Origin: Bigelowiella natans CCMP2755
Taxonomy: Eukaryota > Protista > Cercozoa
Assembly: GCA_000320545.1 (NCBI GenBank)
Contig: ADNK01003500.1
Span: forward strand, 43,097 to 107,096
Direction: 5' to 3'
Length of the DNA: 64,000 nucleotides
Shown: one piece after another, positions 1-14,130 of the stretch
How positions within the stretch are numbered: the first letter of the stretch is position 1
Layout of the letters: every line of letters begins with the position of its first letter
Notes under the pieces: generated by a model
The model's database searches: none
What the model was told of the DNA's origin: nothing
Seen by the model: only the letters and a program-made list of their open reading frames with translations
Made by a program: the position numbers and the translations under genes

Positions 1-1996
1 GGCCACACATGAGCTACCAGAACGCCCTCCTTTTTAGGTGATACGAGTAGCAGCAGTAGATTAGCAAAGAATTTATAGAAGATCACAGACAAACAACATT
101 ATTACGCTTCTCCCACACCAGCTACCTTTCCGTATGCGTGCATATTTAGCCATTGAATGCAAGGATCCAGGCAATTAAAGTTTGGAACTTCCTGATTTTG
201 ATGATTCCAAAGGGAATGGTAAGATTAATTGGCTCTCACCACCCTGTGCAAGTGGTGGTACCTTTGGCCAGAATATGTCCTTCTTCGCAAACCGTAGTAT
301 CACCTAAGAAAATATGTTCTTTGGATGATTATAACAGTCTTTTTTAAGTATCACGTTTGCCGAAGAGAACCAGATTATTATCCCGTATAGATTATTGTCG
401 ATATCATTATGAATTATCATCATTATCATGCTTGAAGTAGCCATTGCCTTGTTATGAGCGCCGCTACCCATCCTGTCAATGGCTCTTTGTTGTTCCTGCA
501 AATTGAAAATAACTACTGCCTCAGTAACAATACCATGCATTTCAGCATTGGCACCAACATCACCATCCCTCCTTTTTAAATCAAGAGAAAATATTGATCA
601 TCGTTCGCACAACTATTACTTCTCGAATTGGGGGAGCAAAGTGAATTTTCCTCGATTTCAGCACGCCTATTGGAACTGTGCATATAACGTAATCGGCGAA
701 GAAATCGAGCTGGTCACCATGATCTTGATTGTCTTTGCCATCCTTCTTCTTACATCTCACATGCACGCGAGAGCCATTACTATTGCGGGTAAACAGAAAG
801 AAACGAGAACAATAATCCTTGCATTGAGTGTGAATGTGTGTGTGTGTGTGTGTGTTTCGAAGCGGGAGGGATATTTAACAACCAATTCAATCTGGGAAGG
901 TTCATGGAATAAAATGATGCCAATATTGGTGCTATTTATGATGATAATGATGATGATGATGAGGATGATGATGATAATAATGATGCCCCGACTTTATAAC
1001 ATTAATCTCCGTGACAATGCGACTCAGCTGCAGATTTTCATGCTGTGTCGATTGTGGCCATTTTGTTGACGAAGATGCATCAGAACTGCCACTGCTGCTA
1101 TTCCAATTCAAAGATGGTTTCAGCCGAAGTAGCTGAGATTCCATAACATCTTGATACCCATCCAATACCTAATAAATGCTTGAAAGCTAACAATGGGATA
1201 CATAGGATTGATATGTAACTTAAAGAACTTGTATTGGCTTTTATTTTTCAGATTATTGCGTTTCTTTCTCAGTGAAGAATGATTCGATTTCCTTCCTGTT
1301 GTTTTCTCCTCAATAATGCACAGCATAGACACCCACCAAGAGATCAGCTTCTCCTCGATAATTTTCATAGTTATCCTCGTTGTTATCGTTTCCTGCTTCT
1401 TTTGACAGGAATCGAACAGGTATGCTCCTATTAGTGGAATGCGTCAAATCATATCCATAAATCAATAGAATATTTTAGTGAAATGCAAACTTTTTCTTTT
1501 CTTCGTTGATGCTGTTGACGATGCTTTGGATGATTCTCCCCCTTTGCGACTCTCCCTCATGTGGAGGAACTTTTGACAAACATCCACAAATAGTATGCAC
1601 GCACAAACGAAATTATAATAAGATGCTGATGTTAATACGGCTTTTCTACAGTGGGATATACTACAACTACCATCACCACCACCATCATCATCATCATCAT
1701 CATCACCCTTACTTTTAATTCATCGCACTATGCGCCATGACATGTGCAGCCTTTGCACTAAGAAAGATACAAAAAACTGCCCCCGAGAATACTAGTATGC
1801 TTCTCACTATCTTCCCCTCCTCTCCTTTGAAGTGTTATTTTACCTCGAGAGATCTCGAGCGCATCGGTGTCTTCATCTTCGTCTTCTAACCTCTCCTCCA
1901 TACCATCCCCGCTGATGATGATGAAGGAGCGAATGACCAATAAGTAACACTTTCATCATCCATAGAGACTTCTTTATCACTACAAGCAGTAGCAGG

Positions 1997-2031
<35 letters not shown>

Positions 2032-2782
2032 GCACTACTCGTATTGGTTGTTGTCACACATCCCTTTGGTAATTTGCACATATACATCTTCCATCGTCAT
2101 TTCATTATTTCCTTCGAACATCGTCATGCTAAGACTATGAAAATCATCGCCAGCATCATCATCATCATCATCATCATCATCACAATGAAGTGCTTCTTCC
2201 ATACTGTTGAAGATGCACAGGAAGCTCGCTGAGTCGAGCCACGTAGCCCATTGTCTTGATCTTCATCTTTTCAACAATCTTCCGAGGTATACTTTCCTCC
2301 TTCCCACCCCACCAGGGAACTTCTTCGTCTTCGTAAGTGCGTCCTTCACGACTAATTGTTAAGAGAATGGAATGTCAGTGACTATGAAAGAATGATGAAT
2401 ACAGGCTAGATAATGCCGTGTGTACTTCTCTGCATTCTCCCAGACGTTGTGTAGATTCATCCTACGCAATGCTCTTCTGGATCCTGCCCCCTCCCCTCCC
2501 TCCTCAAAACCGAGCTTGTTACGCATGCGCCTAGCTGTTCCTTGCAATCTTCCCTGTATTGCAACCTGATCATCATCCACCAGAATATTATTATATAGAT
2601 CATTATGGTACTGATGGTAACCTCTCCACCACCACCACCACCAGTCTGTTGTATGGTGTGACGATGCAGATGACGATAACGACGACGATGATAATCATCA
2701 TCATCATCATCATCATCTATGCATCAGTACCTTCATATTCTAAAGGATATGTATAGAGCAGTCTGCATGTATATTGCACATC

Positions 2783-2816
<34 letters not shown>

Positions 2817-4200
2817 CCCTATAGGCTTCGCTCCTAGCCACTGTTTCATCAGGTATCTTCTTCCCTAAATGAGCAAAATGGCGTTCCGTGTTGACGCCGA
2901 TGATACATCTTTTTGTTGTAATACAATGGCGAAAAAATTGTTTGGAACGGCAACAATAATCTTGATAAATTCTTCATCTTCCTTCTTTCCTTTCCCTTTG
3001 TTTCTTGTTGCAATCGATCTTCCCATCCTATCCATATTTTCTTTCTCTCCCTTCTCCTCGTTCAGCACACTTACTATATTATTATTACCGTAGTGCCACC
3101 ACTCGGCAAACAATGTGTCCTCCCAGAACCCTCCAACAACGTTTCCGAGCTTTTCACCTAATAAATACCACATAATCGATGGTTATTACATCCATTACTG
3201 CGCACTATAACTACGACTCGCTATTGATACTACTACCGCTTCATCGCGACCCACCTTTGGCTTTGGCCATTCGGAAGATCGGGTGCAATTTGTGAGCACC
3301 GTGTATATAATTTGCACCAAGATCAACTTTTGTTTGATGGAGACCGTCCTTCTGTCATCATTGGGGTAAATATAGATTGGGTGTTGACAAACGTGTTTTG
3401 CGTCTTTTTGTAGTGTGACACATGAGCTGCATGCTCCTTCTAATACACTACCACTACTACCTTTCTCTCTGGCAGCGTTATAGTATGAACTCTGCCTCCC
3501 ATTCGGTCCCGAGCTTCCAGGAGCACAGGGCGAAAACGAATTCGGCTTCTTTGATGCGATAGACAACATTTGATATGATGATGTTTGTTTGCGCACAATC
3601 AATCTTATTATTCTGAGTTGGAAACGGTGTTGGTGGTGGTGGCTTATAGTAGTAGTCTGAGTGTGCCATACCCGGTTGTCGCGTCCTTATCCTTGTAGTC
3701 GGATAAGGCTCTCAGTGCAGACATTCCCGCAGCGCCTGAGCAGCATAAGCAGTGCATAGGATAAGAGATAGAGTTAGAGCATATGAGACATCGTGGTTGC
3801 TGGCATCATCCGAATAGAAAGAAGAGGCCCACTACTTTTTGCATCAACTTCGATATATCCCTCTTAATAATAACGATACATTAGAAACCCCACCTCCTCC
3901 CACAACGATCACGTCGACCAGCCTATCCCCCGATGCAAGGGAGGAGCTGCAATTTCGCTCCGCCTGTCGAGCACGTTTCGGCAAGGAGTAGTGGCGTTGC
4001 TCGTCGTTTTCGCCTGTTGCAGAAGCAGCAGCTCGAATAATGGTGGAGTGTTCCAACAGAAGGGGAGAGCTCACTTTATGTGTGTTCATGATTATCACTC
4101 TGGCCGTGAAGCAAATAGCCAAGATAAGTATCTTACTCCATGATACTGCAGCAGCAGGTCTGTAGTTGGTATAATAACCACCACCGCTGCTTCTTCTCAT
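1..4200 (-). CDS. Flavin-containing amine oxidase (polyamine oxidase/LSD1-like family), multi-exon, 3' end runs off the window
   Basis: Exon 1 (4200-3894) ends ...DVIVVGGG and splices to AAGMSALRAL, giving the FAD-binding GxGxxG. Later exons give FADYVICTVPIGVLKSRKIHFAPP (about 620-700) and QRAIDRMGSGAHNK (about 450-495), which match the amine oxidase ADxVIxTvPLGVLK and AIxRLGxGxxNK motifs. Hydrophobic N-terminal leader present. Confidence 0.8.
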
Positions 4201-5054
4201 TCGCCCGTACTGACCCAGCCCACACTGCTGCTGCTACTACTCCCTATGCGCCAGTTTTACAAGCGAACGTCAAGCTCTTTCTGATGGCATACAGCCAAAG
4301 ATCTATGCAACCCTAATGGAGGGAGGGAGGGTTCCTTCCCGAATTTACCCGGCGCAACTCAGATTCAGGTCGACAGTGAGCCGATATCAATCAAGCGACT
4401 GAGATCAAAATAGTTGTCGCTCACTTAAAACTATCTACATTTTACAATTTCTATGTGATCATGTGAGTAGTCGCCGAATAATAACTACCTGATATTTATT
4501 CATTGCGACAATGAAGAGACCTTATCGCAATGCAATGTACAAAAGAAAAACGCGGGAATTCTCTATCGTATCGACACTTACTGCTCGTGGTGCCGTTGAC
4601 TTTATTAATAAAAGAGTCTAGGACTCAGCGTATGAGGAGGAAGGAGCACTAAAGATCCCATTGTATCTGGTTACTTCCACCACCACACTGCAAACAACGC
4701 ACAACCACCACCATTCTCATCAATTTTACACATATTCAAACTGGAACCCTACGTACGTACAACGTGTCGATGTACCGCATACTCCAGTAAATTCAAACGG
4801 TGGTGGCACGATTTGTTTAAACCGGAAGAAGCCGAAATCTTTATGAACTAATCTCGGATTTTTTCTGAAACGTCACTCAAACTATTAGCATTGACATGCG
4901 GCATTCACGCTGACAGTTATTCATGCACACGCTTACACGGATAGCCAGATTTCCGTCACGGATACATGACAGATTCGCCACTACTCACAATTAATGCAGA
5001 GGCCATCCATTTTGTTACCATCCAGATTCGGGGTTATCGGCACTCAAGCTAATC

Positions 5055-7257
5055 ATGGATTCTTCTATCATTGCATGGGTTCTCTTTGAACTTCAATAGT
5101 TTTCTTGATTTCACAAACTTCCGATCACAGCTTCTTTCTGATACCAACCGTTATTATGTGATATTAATATGCACCACGGGTGATAGGTGAATGCGTTTGA
5201 CTTTAATCCAAAAGTGGAGAAAGTGACTGATCTTTCAGACGGAGTCATACTGTACAAAATTCTTGAATTCTGTGAGGCAAAGCACTTCCCAGGGAATGGT
5301 CTTACGAACGGTAGTATTAGTTTGAAATGATGATGACTGGCAAATAGATACCTCTGGAAGGTTGATATTATATTCATCTAACGCTTTTGTCTCGTCCATC
5401 CGCAGATTGTAAGGGTGATCCACAGTTAAAAGAAAGAAACTTGCAGCGCCTTTCCAGTTGCATGGAGATCTTCTTTGAGGTAATGATAAAGAAGCGAAAG
5501 GCCCTTCATTGATATTGTTTCTTGGCCCTCTTGCCTCTCTTATCTTTCTGTATCTATCCACGTTGAGGAAGGATGGAGGTCATAGATTTGTTCGGATTCA
5601 CATATCTAAAAATCATCACCGTTTATCATTTCTCTCAAATGAACCCACGCTTCTTTCCATCATCTCTTTTGGCAGGATCTTAAAGGAGGCGTTAACCAGA
5701 ATCTCACGATGGATTTGTCGAAAATAGCGTAAGTCTGAGCATAACTTCCGAATCTGTATGATCTAATGAGACACATTATATAAATTATGATGGACGTACA
5801 CGCCATTCTATTGCGTGTTGACAGGTATACCGATGACGCATCAGAGCTTTACAAACTGATTGAGGTAGCACACACAACAACAATACCACCACCAACAACA
5901 ACAACATTGATAATGATAGTTATAATAACAATAACATATAAAGTCACTTTGAAAAATAAAGTATCGATGTTCTCCTAAGCACATTATTAAGTTGTTGATT
6001 GTTGTCAGAAGTTGTCGCCATGCATGCATGCTTGCTGCGTCTCTCGTTGATGTTCTCTCTCTCTCTCTCTCTCTCTCCCTCCCTCCCTCCCTCCCCCTCT
6101 ATGGTGTACAGTACGTCATCTTGGCAGCAATTCAGTCTGAGAGAAGAGAGGCTGTAGTCCAGAATATCATATCGATGGATCAAGAAACGCAGCGAAAAGT
6201 AGTAAATAGCACCGATTGACATGTGAAGAAGCCTCATGCCATCGACAGTAAAATGATGATGATAGTCATTTCATTATATCTCTGTTTTCCAATCATGATG
6301 TTGATGTTGTCGTCCATGCTTTTTACCAGCTTATGGAGATCTGCGAGGATGTGATGAAAAGGTATGCTCATACTTGAATCTTGTTTGGGAGATAACGGGG
6401 GGGGGGGGGGCACCTGGAAGAGCGATGATGATGATGATGATGATGATGATGACTAGAACTTACAGATATCACCGAATAATGCTCCTCTTTTTTTCGTCTT
6501 CCTTCCTGATTCTTTTCCCTGCTGCTACCCTGGTTCTCATGTTATTATTGCTGTTGTTTCCGTTGTATTGATAATTAGATTCGACTCCGGAGAACTAAGT
6601 GGTCCCGCTCAAGGGTGATTACTTACTACTTCTCACATACTGTCTAATATTCACATAATAGAAGAAGAAGAAGAATAAGAAGAAGAAGAAGAAGAGTAGG
6701 ATAATGGTGGGGGATGATAAAAAAGGACAATAAACCTAATGAGCGTTTTGTCCACATTATTAGGACGGATGGAGAGAATAATGAAACAGAAGACTTCACC
6801 ACGCCAGAAAAATCAGTAATACAGTTGCTAGTTATCATATTTATCATTATGGTTACTATTATAATTTATATATCTTCTATCGGTTACGGCGATTGACGTA
6901 ATACCAGAGATGTCATTCATTCACAATCTCATGATGAGTGAGATTGCAATCAGATGCTGACGACGATTGCACAAACTAAATAGAACAGGAGAGCTTCTTT
7001 TGGTGATCTGATCCTTTCGGCCAAGAGCGTTGCCTTGAAGGTGGGTTTATTCACGACGTCAAGTGATGTTTGTTGATTGTGTGCCTGAGAGGAGAGAGAG
7101 AAAAGGAAAGAGCGGAGACGGAGAGAGAGAAAAAGAGAGATCAAAAGCTCGAAGCTAAGATTCATTTTAGTTAATGATGAGGAGATTTGCTCATCTGCCT
7201 TATTTGGCAGATAGGTTTGAAGACGTTACTTCTATCGTCATGATATATAATCATGGA

Positions 7258-7305
<48 letters not shown>

Positions 7306-8250
7306 ACCTACACATCGACACATACATATAAGCATCATCATTTTTTGTACGTATCTGCTGCTGTGTGATACTAGGGCTCAAATGAAGAGCTTGAAGCTGA
7401 GATAGCACAGTAAAGATAGTCCATCATCATCATATTCTAACTAACTAACTAATTAACTAACGCGTAGTTGCTTGATAATTGACCGTTGTTGTAGTTAGTG
7501 TTTGAATTCATTTATTTTGATATGTGACAATCACTTATCTAATGCAAAGATTACGTGAGGAGAATCAGAAGCTCAAAAAGAAGATTGAGGGAAAAGACGC
7601 TAAAATCAAGATGGTATACATGGAGAAAGCTGGTAGTAGTATTCGTACGATAATACGGAATAATGGAAGCATTCTCGATAATGATGGTGATGATGTCAAA
7701 TTATGTCGTTGCTGATGCAGTATTAATCATCATTCCTTAATTATATACATATTCTCCAAATACTACATACATACATACATACATACACACATACTTACAT
7801 ACTGTGTGTGGCATGTCTTCCACAACAATAGCTGCTGTTGTGTTCTTCTGTGTGCTCATGTTCACGACTTTTATTCCTTGCCAGAGCAAGCGGAGAAGAT
7901 CGAAAACCTTACTCATGAGCTAGAAAAGAAGGAGTTGGAGAAGGTGAGATGATAACAACGATCATGATATGAGAATAATAATGATCAAGTTAGTCAGTCA
8001 TCGGCAAGAGCGTCATTCGTTCTGCTGACAAAAACACGGCATGATCATCTATCTATCCTTTTTACTACTATCTAGAGTATGGATAATAGTCAGCGAGGAA
8101 AGAAAAACGACAAGGCAGCAGAACAAAGGAGAAACATACAGAGACTCAAGCATGAAAAGGGAGACCTCATGGATCAACTCACGGAATATAAGGAAAAATT
8201 TTCTACACTGAAGACCAATGCTACCGCACAGGTAGTGATACCTGGTGATT

Positions 8251-8286
<36 letters not shown>

Positions 8287-9140
8287 TGATTGAGATGCAG
8301 AATCGGTTATCAAGAACTCCTCGTAGTTATGCTATGCGACGACGATTACTACTACACCTCCAATCTTATTATTATTCTTATTGTTATTGTTGTTGTTACT
8401 ATTCTTCCCCTTTTCTATAGATAACAAGCATGAAAAAAAAGATGGAGAAAATGCAGGACGACCTTGACGTTGCTAACTCGAAAGTAAGAATGATGATGGA
8501 GATGATGATGATTATTATTACTATTTTACTCTGAACGACAGGCAATCTTTACGCATGTATTCTTGATATTCTTTTATAAATTCATTTGCAGTGTGAGCGG
8601 GGAATGACAACTATCTATCACTTGTCACTGAGTTTCTTTGGTTTTGTCTGTACACACTTACTGATGATGTGAAGGCGTTAGATTACATGATGGTGGCCTC
8701 TAAAATGGAGAGGTATATGTATTATTTTCTTTGTTCATGTCTGCGAATCTTTCTGCCTTTGATCTTCTTTGCGCACCACCATCATCATAATCATCATAGT
8801 TATCGCCTTGGGATGATCGCTTATTGAATGTGCAAGCGCATGGAATCACAATTACTATCAGTTGTATTAGTAGTAGTGTTAATCGTAGTAGCAGTAGTTC
8901 TAGTGCGTACGATAACAACTAACAAATTGCCTACTTGATTATGATGGTCATATAGATATAAACAAAAGCTCGATGAGCTGTCTGATATTCAAAAGCAATT
9001 GAAGGACGCTGAGGTATGATCATGATGAAAAGTAGCAGCGTGATAGTAGTAGTAGCAGCAGTAGTAGCATATGTGTTCACATTCTCGTTTCATATAACTC
9101 GCCCATATTCATGCAACAACAGCCACAGCAGACTGGTAAT

Positions 9141-9172
<32 letters not shown>

Positions 9173-9508
9173 CGTATTCTTACTTATCATCATCAATTCA
9201 GACGGCGCATACGGAAAGTTTTAATCGTGTGCTGCAGCTAGAAGATAAAGTGAGAGAAATACCGACTCTCAAAGACAGGTGGTGTGGTATTATCATTAGG
9301 CTACATATATGTTGTTTACATCATTCATCCTGGTATACTAACAACATTGCTACGCAAAATAAAATATGATCGTTCGTCGTATCATCGTATCGTCGTCGTC
9401 TAAAACAACTGAGTAGTAGTAGTAGTAGTATCTCTAATAATATTGTTCAAATATTATACTACACATAATAGAGTTTCGAGGCTTAAAAAGGAGCTAAGTG
9501 CAAAATCG

Positions 9509-9540
<32 letters not shown>

Positions 9541-10266
9541 CGTCGTAGCAGTAGTAGCAGGAGTTGGGGTACCTATAGTAGTTATAAGAGCTAGAAATAT
9601 ATAAGAAGAAGAAGAAGAAGTGGTAGTAGTAGTTACAGCAATGCTTATTCCAATTTTAAATATTCTCTCTTGATTTCTCTCTCTCTCTCACACACACACA
9701 TACACATAAGACAACACCATTGGATCATCATATTCATTATCATTATTATCATCATCATCATCACCATGCTTCTACTACTATTACCAGGAGGAGATCGTGG
9801 CATATAAGAATCGGGAACAGGACCGAAAATCTGTATTTGCGTCCCTCACAGACGAGGTGCTTCTTCTTCTTTTTCTTCTTCTTCATTTTCTTTATGAAAA
9901 TTCGTCGTTGATTACAGCATAGCAGCATTACCATGTTTCTCAACAATAATTTTACACACGCACGCACGCGCACACATTTTCCTCCTCTACCTCTTTTAGG
10001 TGACGAAGCTGAGATCAGAGCGAGATCAGCAGGAAAGAAAGGTGTGAAACGAAGGAAGAAGGGAGTAGAGGGGGAGGGGGGGTAACTCAGCTTCCGAATG
10101 CCGCGAAGTTTTTATGTTGGGTAATCTTAACCTATGATTATCATCCTCCTCCTATTGGCCTTGTTCTCAGATCAAATTTCTAAACGAAGAATTGCAAGCC
10201 TCTGAAGCCAAGCTAAGCTCATCAGAAGTAGTATCAAGTGTTGTAAGAACAGGTGATGGGCAGCAA

Positions 10267-10313
<47 letters not shown>

Positions 10314-10413
10314 TCATAGATGGTATTGAACAATGGTCTTGCTTATGAACTACGTTGGAATTGTTTTTAAGGAAATAAATCATTGTTGCTGCTCTCGCTG
10401 CATGATGATGGAC

Positions 10414-10451
<38 letters not shown>

Positions 10452-10536
10452 TCTAATAGGGTTGGAAGATGATATCAACGAAGCTACTGGTGGGAGTAAG
10501 AAGAGCTCGGCTGAGAAGGAAAAGGTGGTGGAGAGG

Positions 10537-10578
<42 letters not shown>

Positions 10579-10624
10579 AATTGTATTCATGTCAAGAAGA
10601 CAACTTACACCCACAGATACGCGC

Positions 10625-10660
<36 letters not shown>

Positions 10661-10847
10661 CGACCAATGGCATATGTGCATATTCCTTCAATAAATGCTG
10701 GTACTCCTTATACCTGCCTAAAAGTTATGAATTATTTAATAGCTTATGCGGTTGGAAAGGGATGCTTCGAAGATTCCTCTCTTAAAGGTGCTTGCTGCAG
10801 CAACTAACTACTACTGTTTGGTCACTCCTTTTTGCTCCATTTACCAT

Positions 10848-10919
<72 letters not shown>

Positions 10920-11230
10920 CAGAGGCAAGTGGATGCTGCAGAAGAAGAGGCCTCAAAGGTAAATAATCTTTACATATCGATTATAGGTTCTCTGTTTGTC
11001 GCTAACACCTACTACTCCACTGCTACGTTTCTTTCCCCCTCCCCTCCCCTTGCTTTCTCCCTCTTTCTTTCACGCAGTCAAAGCTACAGCTTTCGGCAGC
11101 TGAGCGTCAGGTGGATGCACTCAAAGAAGAGGTAGTTCCCACAGCTGCTGCTGCTACTACTATTGCTACTGTTACTACTACTGCTGCTACTACAAATTAT
11201 TCACGTAATTGATATGATTCAGAAATATTC

Positions 11231-11267
<37 letters not shown>

Positions 11268-11802
11268 TTCTCTCATGGACACACTCACACACGTAAATAT
11301 TATCAGCTCTCTGTGGAGAAGAAACGCTACGAAGCATTAGAATCGAAGACTAAAGGGCTAGAAGGAGGTTGTTCATTGTAGCAGTAGCAGCAGCAGTAGT
11401 AGTAGTAGTAGTAGTAGTAGCAGCAGTAGTAGAAGAAGTACAAGACACAGCATTCTCTACCTATTCTTTACCATCACTTCTTGTTGCAGATGTCAGTGAG
11501 AGCTCAAGCCTCAGGATCGATCTACGTAAAATCACAGCATCAGATGAATAATTTAGTAGTACGATCGCAAGAATTACACAGACGAGGAGGAAGAAGAATT
11601 AAGATAGTAGCTATTCGCACAAATAGTCAATTATTGAAACAAAGCAGCGGCAGTAGTATTAGTGGCCATTATTATCATTATTAATTATTAATTAATAATG
11701 ATAATAATAGGAGTAATAATAATCACTTTTATTGTAATGCAATTTCTTCCCTTGTATAGGTAAAACAAAGCACCAGCTTGAGGCCACAGAACAAGAACTG
11801 TC

Positions 11803-11874
<72 letters not shown>

Positions 11875-13308
11875 TATGCTAATTGTGCTTATTGTGGATG
11901 TGGTTTGGATAGAATATCATCATACGTTGTTGATGATGATGGTGGTGTTGTTGTTGTCTCAAAATAGCCTTAAGGAGCAGCTTGAAGAAGTCAAGCGACA
12001 GGTGATGATCTCCCTAAAAAAAAGCCGACAATACAGCCGCAACATCGACCATCAAGCACACCGTTGAGCTGCTGATGTCGTTGAGCTGCTGATGTTGATG
12101 TCGCAATAATACACTGCTGCTTGCACTATCTCTTTTCTCTCCACATCATATTTTTTTTCTGTCTTATTTTGTGTGTGCGTGCATGTATACGTTTGTTGTC
12201 GGTTTTTGATGTCTATGTTTATGCTCTTTGATCATCGTTTAGGAGAATAAGAATGCCGGTGCTGTAATGCTTAATGAGGAAATTGTCGGCAAGCTCAAGA
12301 ATAGGTGCGGTATATTGCATCCTGAAATTCAAGCGAGCGCATCATCATCATTATCATCATCGCCATCATAATAACATTAGAAGCAGTTTCTTCATCGGGT
12401 GTGTTTGCTGCGAATAGTAATCATGATAATAATGATGAACAAAATGATTCGGTATTGATTAATAGGAACATCGAGTTGCGGCAGAAACTCCGTTTGGTTC
12501 TTAATCAGGTAGTATGATGGTCGAGCTGTCATATGTTGTCATTATCATCATCATTATCATTATTATTATCATTGGAGCAGCATCACGCGATTCTAGGATA
12601 ATCTTGTCAATGACAAATGATTGTTACCATAGACAAAAAGCGACAAGAAAACGATTGAAAGACTACAAGAAAACCTCGGAAGATCATCTCAAGCTAACAG
12701 CGGGTGCTTTTATTCTCATTACCATCCAATTCTTTACACCATCATTGTGGTATCATTACCATCATGATGGTTGTCACCAATTGTATCACAGATCTTCTGA
12801 GAAGGGGGGGAGCAAGCTGGCCATTGCTGAGTTACAAAGACAGCTAAAAGATGCCCAAGATGCTGAAAAAAAGATGCAGGTAGAAGCCTATCGCATCATT
12901 TTTTAATTGTCTCTCTATTTGCTTTCAAAAGCATCGTCTCTTCATTGTAGCTGCAAAAAGCTGCTCTCGTATTATTTTCTAACGTCTCCCATCAGGTGAA
13001 ACTCAAGTCGATGCGTGAGAATTATCGGAAGGAACAACTGCTCATAAGCAACGCATTCTATACAATTGGTAATAATTACAACTCTATGGTGTATGCATAT
13101 AGTATAAGGATACTCAAGAGAAAGAAGGGTAACTAACAATCCGAACAGAGATTAGTGAAGGAGGATGGATTCTTGTTGCGTCTCAACATCTTTTTATGCA
13201 GGTCTCGAGGCCCATAATCAGCTCCAGAATCGCCTTCCACTTGTAGATCTGAAACCAGGTAGAAAGAAGCGTCTTTTTCAAGAACGATTTCCACATACGA
13301 TCATTTAA
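5055..13308 (+). CDS. HOOK: HOOK-family microtubule/dynein adaptor (Hook domain plus long coiled coil), roughly 30 short exons
   Basis: Spliced N-terminus MDSSIIAW|VNAFDFNPKVEKVTDLSDGVILYKILEFCEAKHFP matches the Hook-domain W..F...V.DLSDGV pattern. Many E/K/Q/L-rich coiled-coil exons follow. The C-terminal RENYRKEQLLISNAFYTI|GLE resembles the Hook C-terminal EEKLIVSAWYNLG motif. Stop TAA at 13306-13308. Confidence 0.75.
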
Positions 13309-13993
13309 AGAACAAATGTGCACAACTTTCTCAAACACAGCAACATTTTGACTAGAAATTATTATCAATGCTGGCTGTATTTTATGTAGACACAACCACA
13401 TCTAAACGATCCTGGATATCGAAACAGCGAAGCAAAGCCAGAAGCAACATTCACAAAAAATAATTTGTTGCAGTGATGATGTTCTTTCAACCCTAACCCT
13501 AACTTGCTAACGTCATCCATTTCGTCGACATAGCAATGCGCACAAATCTAGACTTCTAGACTTCACGTGCTAGCGTGGCATGCTTTTTCAGCATGATGCC
13601 TGCTAGCCTGCCAGGAACACAGTGCGCAGCGAAGGGCTCTTTGTGCCTCTCACACCAAGTGAGCAGGCATGCTAGCATGTCTAGATGCATGAACAGCGCA
13701 GCAATGCTGCGTTTCGGCCACTGTGTGGGAGCCATAAACGTGCAAACGGCTACTTGCCAAGATCAGCCTGTAGATGATGACAATGTGCTGGAAAAAAACA
13801 AAAAAGTCAGGAATTGTTCAGAAGCCATGCTGTCTAGCTGTGCATTGTGGTTGGAGTTGTGTCTCTTGCATGTTGACACAATGAATGTGAACTAGCTTGC
13901 ATCGCAGGACCGCAATGCAATGATCGCAAACTGCGCTACGCTAGCTAGCTCCAGAGCCCGTCACGTCATCGCCACATTGAGATGACGAACCAA

Positions 13994-14054
13994 GAAAGTC
14001 GAGACAGCTAGACAGGCTAGCTAGCTAGCCCCCTGCTAGCCTGTCTCGACTTTC
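13994..14054. repeat. Inverted repeat (14-bp arms) enclosing CTAG repeats
   Basis: GAAAGTCGAGACAG (13994-14007) pairs with CTGTCTCGACTTTC (14041-14054). Confidence 0.85.
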
Positions 14055-14098
14055 CACATCAAGCTCGTTGTTCGAACTGATGACGTTTCGAAGCCATT

Positions 14099-14130
14099 GA
14101 CAGGCTAGCAGGGCTCCCTGCTAGCCTGTC
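14099..14130. repeat. Near-perfect palindrome, 15-bp arms with a 2-nt spacer
   Basis: GACAGGCTAGCAGGG-CT-CCCTGCTAGCCTGTC. Confidence 0.9.

Noticed and set aside
13491-13502. (CCCTAA)2 telomere-like repeat at the edge of the TA-void island
   Set aside because: Only two units, too short to separate from chance.
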